A DNA stretch of 32,688 nucleotides from Pseudomonadota bacterium (GTDB lineage: Bacteria > Pseudomonadota > Gammaproteobacteria > JAKAQQ01). A model generated the notes under the pieces. The model worked only from the letters and a program-made list of their open reading frames with translations. It did no database searches and was not told where the DNA came from. The translations under genes were made by a program, and so were the position numbers. The stretch's first letter is position 1. Each line of letters begins with the position of its first letter. Shown here piece after piece: positions 9,887 through 19,232 of this stretch. Location of the stretch: contig DAHVLZ010000023.1 in the NCBI GenBank assembly GCA_027320085.1, forward strand, positions 1-32,688, in the 5' to 3' direction.

Positions 9887-11158
9887 TCAGCCATGGATGC
9901 GGATGTGGCGTGCACCCGCGAAACCTGAGGTGTCCGAGACAATGACCCGTTCGCCGGGTGCCAGTCCTTTCAGGATCTGGATCGCATTGCTGGAGGCGCG
10001 TCCGAACCGGACCATGACCGGGATGGCTTCGCGGCCATTGTGTCTCAGCCGGTAGAGCACCATCGTTTTATGGCCGGCGCTGTAGGCCGGCCGCTCGACA
10101 TAGACCGCATCGCTGAGGGTCGTGATCGTGATGATGCCGTTGATGGCGAGGTTCGGACGGGCATCTGCCGGAAGGGGGGGCTTGGGTTCGGCGTCAACCG
10201 TGACGGTTCCACCCTGAACGGAAGGTGAAACGCGGGTCACGACCGCAAGGAGATGCCGTTCCGATCCCGTATCCAGCGCGAGATTGACGCTCTGGCCGAG
10301 GGCCACTTCCGCGGCCTCGCTGGCCGGAACCTCGAGCCGGGCCTTGAGCGCGTGCATGCCGGCGATCTTGGCAATGCCACTGCCGAGAATCACGCGCTGG
10401 CCTTCCTGGACCGCGACACTCTGGACGACTCCGGCCAGTCCGGCCCGGACCTTGAGCGAGGCGAGTTCGTGCTCCTCGCTCCGCCAGGCCGCTTCCAGTG
10501 AATCGATCCGGGCCTTTTGGGCATGGATCTGGGCAGCCTCATTTTTCCGGAAATCGGCAATGCGCTTTTGGGTGAGTTCGACCTCTCGAGCGAGCGAGGC
10601 CGCTGTGAGACGGCTCCTCGTGTACTGGAGGGAACCCACCACCTGTTCGGCCAGGAGTCCCTTTTCCGCCCGGGCCTTGAGCCGGGCCGCTTGCGCTTCG
10701 GATTTGACTTGGGACAAGGTCTCTTCGAGGTTGAGCAGGTGATCGTCCAGGCCCGCCTCTTGGGAGACCAGGGAAGCCTGGGCATTGGCCAGCCGCGCCC
10801 GGGCCTCGATCACCTGGTCGCCGAGATCGGGGTTGGAAAGGACGGCCAGGATGCTTCCGGTTGTGACCCGGTCACCCGGTTCGACCCGGATCTCCTGGAT
10901 CGTGCCGGGTGCCCCCGCGGTCACGACACGGATCTTCCGGGGAACGAGAGTGCCCGGTGCACTGACGGTGACGGAAAAGCGGCCTTTATGGACGGTTGCA
11001 ATCCAGAGGTTGGCTTTCGAGACGCTGGGGCCGGCCGGAGCGAGTCTCAGGACGAAGATCGCACCCAGAAGCAGCACGAGAGCTACGGCCCCCGCCAACC
11101 CCCAGCGCTTGAGTTTCCGCCGCCGTCGTTCGGCCGGGGAGATCGCGATATCGATCAC
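9887..11158 (-). CDS. efflux periplasmic adaptor (MFP, MacA/HlyD-like)
   Basis: Basic N-terminus plus one TM helix, lipoyl half-motifs 'GTIQEIRVEPGDRV' and 'VRAGLAGVV...EGQRV', coiled-coil hairpin, C-terminal 'GLAPGERVIVSD'; GTG start with GGAGG RBS. Confidence 0.9.
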   Translation of the reverse strand: MIDIAISPAERRRRKLKRWGLAGAVALVLLLGAIFVLRLAPAGPSVSKANLWIATVHKGRFSVTVSAPGTLVPRKIRVVTAGAPGTIQEIRVEPGDRVTTGSILAVLSNPDLGDQVIEARARLANAQASLVSQEAGLDDHLLNLEETLSQVKSEAQAARLKARAEKGLLAEQVVGSLQYTRSRLTAASLAREVELTQKRIADFRKNEAAQIHAQKARIDSLEAAWRSEEHELASLKVRAGLAGVVQSVAVQEGQRVILGSGIAKIAGMHALKARLEVPASEAAEVALGQSVNLALDTGSERHLLAVVTRVSPSVQGGTVTVDAEPKPPLPADARPNLAINGIITITTLSDAVYVERPAYSAGHKTMVLYRLRHNGREAIPVMVRFGRASSNAIQILKGLAPGERVIVSDTSGFAGARHIRIHG

Positions 11159-11200
11159 GAAAGGATTCCTCCGGGTTCACCTGATGTCCACCCGTTATCC

Positions 11201-11217
11201 AGCAGGTCTTGTGCCAG
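11201..11217 (-). promoter_or_regulatory. sigma54 (-24/-12) promoter of the export operon
   Basis: Minus strand CTGGCACAAGACCTGCT has GG-N10-GC spacing, lies about 43 bp upstream of the adaptor start and is next to a sigma54 activator gene. Confidence 0.8.
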
Positions 11218-11228
11218 AGGGCCAGTTT

Positions 11229-11257
11229 ATAAAAAATCATTTTTAATCATATTGTTA
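11229..11257. promoter_or_regulatory. putative IHF binding site
   Basis: AATCAT-ATTG-TTA (11245-11257) is one mismatch from WATCARNNNNTTR, has an upstream A-tract and sits in an AT-rich patch between promoter and enhancers. Confidence 0.55.
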
Positions 11258-11290
11258 TATTCATACCGAGGGGATTTGGAAAAAAAGCCT

Positions 11291-11337
11291 ATCCCATCTA
11301 TGGGACGAATCTGGTAGGCTCGTCCCAATGATGGGAT
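11291..11337. promoter_or_regulatory. two palindromic enhancer (UAS) sites TCCCA-N4-TGGGA
   Basis: TCCCA-TCTA-TGGGA at 11292-11305 and TCCCA-ATGA-TGGGA at 11323-11336, offset by 31 bp (about 3 helical turns). Confidence 0.7.
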
Positions 11338-11347
11338 CTAAACTCTG

Positions 11348-12729
11348 ATGAACGGAACCGAACGGGAGCCCGGCCCGCGCCCGGTGCCCACGATCCTGGT
11401 TTCCGACGATCAGGCGGACGTCCGGGAATCTCTCAAACTGCTGCTCGAGGCGGAAGGCTACCGGGTGCAGGCTGCGGCCAACCCGGATGAGGCCCTGGAT
11501 CGTGTCCGCTCGAGCCTTCCCGATGCCGTGATCCTGGACCTCAACTACCGAACGGATACCACCTCGGGCGAGGAAGGTCTCGAACTTTTGGGCCAGCTCC
11601 ATGCCCTGGATCCCGCTTGTCCGATCATCGTGCTGACGGGCTGGGGGACGGCCTCCCTCGCGATCGAGGCCATGCGCCGGGGCGCACAGGATTTTCTCGA
11701 AAAGCCCTGGGACAATACGCGTGTCGTCTCGGTGATCCGGAATCAGCTGACACTCGCGCGGACCCGTCGGGATAACCGGCGTCTGGCTGCTGCAACGCGC
11801 GTGCTGACCGAAACCCCCCCGCCGCTGATCGGCCGTTCCGGGGTCATGCAGCGGGTTCTCGAAGAGGCGGGACGGGTTGCAGCCTCGAATGCCGCGATCC
11901 TGATCACGGGGGAAAGCGGAACCGGAAAGGGGCTCTTGGCGCGCTGGATCCACGAGCGCTCGCCTCGCGCCGATCGGCCCTTTGTCCGGGTCAATCTGGG
12001 CGGACTCGTCGACAGCCTGATCGAAAGCGAGCTCTACGGGCACGTCCGAGGCGCTTTCACGGATGCCCGTAGTGAACGGCTGGGGCGCTTCGAACTGGCC
12101 AACCAGGGCACGCTTTTTCTCGACGAAATCGCAAATCTGTCTCCCGTCTCGCAGGCGTCTCTCCTGCACGCACTCGAGGAAGGCCGGATCGAACGCGTGG
12201 GAAGTTCCACACCCATCCGGGTCGACGTCCGGATTCTCGCGGCGACCAATGTGGATATCCGGAGGGCTGTGGCACAAGGACAGTTTCGCGGAGATCTGCT
12301 CTACCGGCTCAATACGATTGAAGTCACCCTTCCCCCCCTCCGTGAACGGGGCGAGGACATTGAGCTCCTCGCATCGCATTTCTTCGCCGAAGCGGTCCGG
12401 CAGCATGGCAAGTCGCTCCGGGGCATAAGTCCCCGGGCGCTCGCGACGCTTGCCGGATACGACTGGCCGGGCAACGTCCGTGAACTCGGCCATGTCCTCG
12501 AACGGGCCGTCCTCCTGGCTGCCGGCGAATGGATCGAGCCGGCCGACCTTCGCCTCGTGCCGGCGGCCGGGCACGAGATCCCCTCCCTGGAAAACATGAC
12601 CCTGGAGCAGGCGGAGCGCTATCTGGTTTCGCAGGCTCTGGAGCGGAGTCGGGGGGATGCCGAAGCGGCAGCCCGCCAGCTGGGTGTGAGCCGGAGTGCC
12701 CTCTATCGCCGACTTGCGAAGTACCGGCA

Positions 12730-12733
<4 letters not shown>
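11348..12733 (+). CDS. sigma54-dependent response regulator (REC-AAA+-Fis HTH, NtrC family)
   Basis: REC 'ILVSDD...VILDLNY...FLEKPW'; Walker A GESGTGK; 'ESELYGHVRGAFTDA'; Walker B TLFLDEI; WPGNVREL; HTH 'AARQLGVSRSALYRRL'. Confidence 0.96.
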
Positions 12734-14812
<2,079 letters not shown>

Positions 14813-14927
14813 GCGGGATTCGCCAATTTCCCCCTTGTGCTGCGAAGGGTTTAGGAATCCGGTCAAGCCGGACCGGGTCGGTGCCGGCAAACGGATCCTT
14901 ACATCTCCCCACTGACAGGAGGGAAAC

Positions 14928-15377
14928 ATGGCCAAAACGCCATTCATCGGGCAACTGGCGCAGGTTTGCGGGGTCCGGGTCACCACCATCCGTTTTTACG
15001 AACGCCGGGGGCTTTTGCCCAAGCCTCCGCGGGGAGCATCGGGGTATCGTCTGTACGGGGAGGCGGATCTCCGGCGTCTCCGGTTCATCCAGGAAGCCAA
15101 AACTCTGGGATTTTCACTGGGCGAGATTGCCGAGCTCTTGGCATTGCGTGCGGCTTCCGATACGAGCTGTTCCCGCGTCCGGGATCGGGCGATCGGGAAG
15201 ATCGGCGAGGTTGAAAAAAAGATCCGGCAGCTCCAGCATTTCCGAGCAGCGCTTCGACACCTGGTTGCCCAGTGCGAGAGGGGAGGGACCAACGGAGATT
15301 GTCCGATCCTTGAGGCCATGGAGCATGCCGCGGTCACACCTCGCTCCAAAGCGGCCAAGTGCGCCCCCTCCCACTGA
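14928..15377 (+). CDS. merR: MerR-family heavy-metal-responsive regulator, Hg(II)-type cysteine triad
   Basis: HTH 'IGQLAQVCGVRVTTIRFYERRGLL', 'GYRLY', 'LGFSLGEI'. Cys81/Cys116/Cys125 have the same spacing as MerR C82/C117/C126. AGGAGG RBS; divergent from the merA remnant. Metal specificity is inferred. Confidence 0.88.
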   Translation: MAKTPFIGQLAQVCGVRVTTIRFYERRGLLPKPPRGASGYRLYGEADLRRLRFIQEAKTLGFSLGEIAELLALRAASDTSCSRVRDRAIGKIGEVEKKIRQLQHFRAALRHLVAQCERGGTNGDCPILEAMEHAAVTPRSKAAKCAPSH

Positions 15378-15440
15378 CCGTCTGCTTCTCGGATAGGGAT
15401 GCGATCTGCGGGAGGCGCCGACCCGGAGAGGAGGCAGCAC

Positions 15441-15472
15441 TTGACCCGGTACCATGGTGAAAGGTTTAGAGT
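15441..15472 (+). promoter_or_regulatory. MerR-type promoter/operator 2 (towards methyltransferase operon)
   Basis: TTGACC-20 bp-TAGAGT with dyad ACCCGGTACC-AT-GGTGAAAGGT; it shares the half-site ACCCGGTWCC with promoter 1. Confidence 0.8.
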
Positions 15473-15535
15473 GGGTTCGAAAGTGGCCTGTTCTTGGAGA
15501 ACGCGCATGAGCCCTCAAGGGACGAGATCATCGAG

Positions 15536-16198
15536 ATGAGCCCGGAAAACGGGACCGGTCGCAGGAATCACTGGGAAGACGTGTACCGGAAGAAGCCGGA
15601 GAAGTCCCGGAGCTGGTTCCAGGCCTGTCCCGAGGTTTCACTTGATTTACTGGAAAATCAGCAGATTGGGAAAAACGAGGCCGTGATCGATATCGGCGGG
15701 GGTGACTCGCGACTGGTGGACCATCTTCTGGAGAGGGGGTACACCAACGTCTCGGTCCTCGACATTGCGGAAAGTGCCCTTGAGGCGGCAGGGGCGCGTT
15801 TGGGCCCCCGCCTCTCGGATCAGGTGCGGTGGATCGTGGCGGACGTGACCGAGTGGAGACCGGAGGGCCGCTACCGGGTATGGCATGATCGGGCCGTTTT
15901 CCATTTTTTGACTGATCCGGCTGACCAGACGATCTATCTCCGCAAGCTGGAGGAGGCCCTCGTCCCCAAGGCCATCGTCCTCATCGCGACCTTTAGCCTG
16001 GAAGGTCCCGAGCGTTGTAGCGGTCTTCAGGTGCAACGCTACTCACCGGAATCATTGGCTCGCCGGATGGGTCCCCGGTTCCGGATCCGGGATTTCCGCA
16101 AGGAGGATCACCAGACCCCTTCTGGTGTCCTCCAGCATTTCCAGTATTCGCTTTTTGAGTATGACCCGGGTTCCCCTTCCACTGGAGATCAAACATGA
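15536..16198 (+). CDS. class I SAM-dependent methyltransferase (TPMT/TehB-like fold)
   Basis: 'HWEDVY', motif I 'VIDIGGGDS', motif II 'VLDIA', 'VADV', 'WHDRAVFHFL', 'GPERCSGL'. Start at ATG 15536 preferred; TTG 15494 is possible. Confidence 0.88.
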   Translation: MSPENGTGRRNHWEDVYRKKPEKSRSWFQACPEVSLDLLENQQIGKNEAVIDIGGGDSRLVDHLLERGYTNVSVLDIAESALEAAGARLGPRLSDQVRWIVADVTEWRPEGRYRVWHDRAVFHFLTDPADQTIYLRKLEEALVPKAIVLIATFSLEGPERCSGLQVQRYSPESLARRMGPRFRIRDFRKEDHQTPSGVLQHFQYSLFEYDPGSPSTGDQT

Positions 16199-16734
16199 TG
16201 CCTGCGCGCCATTTGTGGTTTCGAGTTCTATTGGCAGGAGTGCTCCTGTCCCCGATTGATCCCTTCGCTTTTGCCCACGGCCACCCCCAGGCGGGAACGC
16301 GCGTGCCGGATGCGGTATTCTTGACCGGAGGACGGCGGGTCTCCCTGGCTGCCTATCATGGCAAGAAAGTGATGCTCTGGCTGTTTTCGACCTGGTGCCC
16401 GAGTTGCCGGGCCGGACTTGAAACGCTCCCTCGAGACCAAAAACGCTTTCTCGCCGGGCATCTCCACCTGATCATCCTTGAAAACTACAAAAATGGGGGC
16501 TACCCGGGTCCCTCACTGAAAAAGATGAGGGATCGGTACGCGAAAGGAATCCGGGGGGTCTCAAACTGGACCTTCGGCCATGCCACTCGGGGTCTGGCCG
16601 CGCTCTACAATCCCCAGTCCTACCCGGATATTTTCTACCTGATCCGCCGGGATGGAATCATCCAGACCGTGGAGAGTGCTCCGACGGCACATCTCGCCAC
16701 TGTCCTGCATTTTGCCAAGGGCAGGAGTCCATGA
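16195..16734 (+). CDS. exported thioredoxin-fold (TlpA/redoxin-like) protein with WCPSC
   Basis: Signal-like N-terminus ending AFA, 'VSLAAYHGKKVMLWLFSTWCPSC', cis-Pro-like 'YPDIFYLIRRDGII'; GGAG RBS and ATGA overlaps at both ends. Confidence 0.8.
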   Translation: MMPARHLWFRVLLAGVLLSPIDPFAFAHGHPQAGTRVPDAVFLTGGRRVSLAAYHGKKVMLWLFSTWCPSCRAGLETLPRDQKRFLAGHLHLIILENYKNGGYPGPSLKKMRDRYAKGIRGVSNWTFGHATRGLAALYNPQSYPDIFYLIRRDGIIQTVESAPTAHLATVLHFAKGRSP

Positions 16735-17279
16735 GAAACCCGGTGAGAAACCTGCTCCCGGCACTCCGCGAGGTTTTTTTCAATCGGGCGGCATGGGTGA
16801 CCGCAGGTGTGAGTTTCGTGTTTTTTCTCTCGGTCTACCTCCTCACCCTGCCTGCGACCTTCACCGGCGGGATGATCGGATTCCGGGCGCTCGGGTTCCT
16901 GACTCCGGCACTCATCGGCTGGTCGCTTTTTCTGGCTTTCCTCTTGGGTCTCCTGGTTCCCATGACCGTCTATCTCTTGAGGCGTGGATACAGGGCCCGT
17001 GGCGCGACCGGAACGGCGGCCGGTGGAATCGTCATCAGCCTGCTTGCTCCCTTGCTCTGCTGCTCCCCGATTCTCCCGATCACCGTCAGTTTCCTGACGG
17101 GATGGATTCCGCTTCTGGCCGGAGGCGCCGGTGGATTCGTGCAGGGCTTTCTTGCGACTCATGAGAGTCTCATTTTTTCGATCACGGCCCTGATCCTTCT
17201 GGGCGCCATCTTGTGGGATGCCCGTGAAATCACCCGGGGTGTCTGCTGTGCGGTCCCGGCCGGATCGGGGGGGGGTTGA
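16731..17279 (+). CDS. 4-TM membrane protein with two CC pairs (C-terminal half MerF/MerT-like)
   Basis: Four hydrophobic segments; 'APLLCCSPILP' in TM3 and 'RGVCCAVP' after TM4; GGAG RBS and ATGA overlap. Confidence 0.75.
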   Translation: MRNPVRNLLPALREVFFNRAAWVTAGVSFVFFLSVYLLTLPATFTGGMIGFRALGFLTPALIGWSLFLAFLLGLLVPMTVYLLRRGYRARGATGTAAGGIVISLLAPLLCCSPILPITVSFLTGWIPLLAGGAGGFVQGFLATHESLIFSITALILLGAILWDAREITRGVCCAVPAGSGGG

Positions 17280-17336
17280 TCACCCGGTTCGGCTTTGGGC
17301 CCGATTTTTCATGCTTTGTTTGAGGAGGTGCTTGTT

Positions 17337-17705
17337 ATGAATAGATTGCTTCTTCCTTCTGCACGCGCTGCAACAGCCCGCCTTTTCGCGGTTCTGTTTC
17401 TGGCTGGGGCGTTGATTGTGCCCTCTGTGGCAGGGGCCCAGGTCCCGGGTGGTCTTCCAAAGGCCACCGTTCGCGCACACCGAAAAATGAAGATGCCGGC
17501 AGACATGATGCAGATGATGAAAAACGTGACATGGGTCAAAAGTGTGCAGGAAGCGCTTAATGACCACGGCGCGCATTTGCGGGTTGATGGCCTGTGTGGA
17601 ATGCGGACGGTGAAAGCAATTCGTCGCTTCCAGAAGAGCCACGGTCTCAAGGTCACCGGCATGCCCGATCCCGCCACCCTGAAGGCGCTGGGGTTGGGCC
17701 ACTGA
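17337..17705 (+). CDS. secreted peptidoglycan-binding domain protein with Met-rich linker
   Basis: GAGGAGG RBS before ATG 17337; signal peptide ending AGA; PG_binding_1-like 'VKSVQEALN..G...VDGLCG.RT..AIRRFQKSHGL.VTG..D..T..AL'; linker HRKMKMPADMMQMMK. Confidence 0.82.
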   Translation: MNRLLLPSARAATARLFAVLFLAGALIVPSVAGAQVPGGLPKATVRAHRKMKMPADMMQMMKNVTWVKSVQEALNDHGAHLRVDGLCGMRTVKAIRRFQKSHGLKVTGMPDPATLKALGLGH

Positions 17706-17713
17706 GAAGATGA

Positions 17714-17746
17714 GCCGGGGGCCGCGTTCAGTACCCGGTCCCCGGC
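17714..17746 (+). terminator. GC-rich hairpin closing the operon (no U-tract)
   Basis: GCCGGGGGCCG / CGGTCCCCGGC forms an 11-bp stem (one G-U) with an 11-nt loop, 8 nt after the stop. Confidence 0.35.
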
Positions 17747-17895
17747 CTGAGGGACGAGAAGGGTTTCCGGAAAACGGGATGCGCGACGGTGGATTCCCAT
17801 CGCCGTTTACAATGTGTGACGACCTTCAACGATGCACAGCATCTCGAGATGTGTCGCTTGTGGCCTCGCCTTCATTCAAATTCCCCGAGCCTGGT

Positions 17896-18324
17896 TCAGA
17901 TGCCGAGGATGGGAAGATCACGCAGCGCTGAAAAGTCACGGTCATGAGTGACCAGCGCATCCGCGCCGATAGCCAGCGCGCTGGCGGCCAGGACTGCATC
18001 CGCCAGTTTCATTTTCGACGTGGCGCGGAGCCTGGCGGCGCTCTCGGCAAGGTCGGCATCGAGGTCTACGACGAACCAGGTTCGAAGTGTGCTTCGATAG
18101 CGCTCCGTTAGCTCCTCGTTCCGGGCGCATAAGGGTCCGGCGAGCACCTCCGCGATCGTCATGGTCGTGACTGCAAAGCGCGCAAGGCCCTTGTCGTGAG
18201 CTGCAAACACCGGTTTGAAAGCGGGGGCGAGTTCCGGATGGTCCTCGAGGACGTAGATGATCGGCGCCGAGTCGATCAGCAGGAGCGGGTTCTCCGGCAG
18301 TCCCTCCAGGCTCACCTGTTCCAT
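17896..18324 (-). CDS. PIN-domain (VapC-like) toxin
   Basis: Acidic PIN residues in 'LLIDSAPII', 'TIAEVL', 'LADAVLAASA', 'LVTHDRDF'; 13-bp overlap with the antitoxin. Confidence 0.9.
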   Translation of the reverse strand: MEQVSLEGLPENPLLLIDSAPIIYVLEDHPELAPAFKPVFAAHDKGLARFAVTTMTIAEVLAGPLCARNEELTERYRSTLRTWFVVDLDADLAESAARLRATSKMKLADAVLAASALAIGADALVTHDRDFSALRDLPILGI

Positions 18325-18566
18325 TCGTTTCTCAGGCGACGCAGGGTTGTCCGGCTGTCACGGCCATAGAGCCCATGTCCGCTGCCGGCCAGGGGCAGCA
18401 GCGAGCGCTGTGCACTCGCCTCGGTCTGTGCTGAGATCGGCGCAAGTATGGCGATCGGCCGGCCGTGCCGGGTGATGATCGTTTGCCGACCGTGCTGCGC
18501 AGCGGTGAGCAGATCGGGTAGTTGACTGCGCGCTTCCTCGGCGCCTTTCCGTATCGGTTTCGTCAT
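18312..18566 (-). CDS. Phd/YefM-family antitoxin
   Basis: 'EEARSQLPDLLTAAQHGRQTIITRHGRPIAIL'; GGAG RBS; directly upstream of the PIN gene. Confidence 0.9.
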   Translation of the reverse strand: MTKPIRKGAEEARSQLPDLLTAAQHGRQTIITRHGRPIAILAPISAQTEASAQRSLLPLAGSGHGLYGRDSRTTLRRLRNEWNR

Positions 18567-18587
18567 AGTGATCTCCAGAACCCATAA

Positions 18588-18616
18588 AGCGTACAGACTG
18601 TACGGTTCTGTGTCAA
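18588..18616 (-). promoter_or_regulatory. sigma70 promoter with overlapping palindromic operator for the TA operon
   Basis: TTGACA-17 bp-TACGCT; perfect palindrome CGTACAG-A-CTGTACG at 18590-18604 overlaps the -10. Confidence 0.72.
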
Positions 18617-19232
18617 ATGGGAACGGTCAGCGAAGGCCGCCGACTTTTGCTGTCGGCATCCTTGGGGGGTCGGAGGGAGCTTCAGGTCGCGAAGGCTCAA
18701 TGATCCAAGCGTTCACGAGATCGTGCCACGCTCGACTGAGCGCCCTCTGCAACCCTTGTCCTTCCCGCTTCACCGTCGCGAGCAGCAAGGCAATGTCAGG
18801 CTCAGCGAGTGTGGCTGCAGTTGTTGCGTCGACGGCGATGTGGCCTACTACCTGACCCGAGCCTTGACTGTGGAACATGTAGAGCACTGGCACCGGACCA
18901 TTGACGTGGCGGCGTTCATGCACAGCGCAGCGCGCCCGATACCAGCCGCTGTCAATCCAAGACGCATCTCCGCCGCATATCGCGTCATCGTCAGGGTGGC
19001 AAGTTGTCGGGGTTAAGGCTCACCTTCCGTCGGCATGGTTTTTCCCGTCCTGGTTCAATCGTAGGCTCGTCTTTCTCACCTGTATAATGGCCGCGGGGCT
19101 CGGGCACGAGCATGCGCGGTCACGGTGCGTGCTTGTGCAGGCGGGGTCCTTGTGGAAAAAGGCCAAGGAGTCATTGCTCCCGGCCTTGCATGAGGCATGA
19201 TCAGGAAAGAGTTGGACTCGAGGAGAGTTTCA

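Noticed and set aside
14832-14858. CCCTT-N8-AAGGG dyad resembling a CueR box
   Set aside because: No properly placed -35 element and the dyad geometry does not fit; probably chance or a decayed site.
17267-17275. G9 tract as a phase-variation switch
   Set aside because: It lies in the last codons of the membrane protein, after both CC motifs; slippage would only alter the tail.
18590-18604. CGTAC-N5-GTACG as a Tn21-like MerR operator
   Set aside because: The promoter spacer is a normal 17 bp and the dyad centre differs from the N4 mer operator; an antitoxin operator explains it better.
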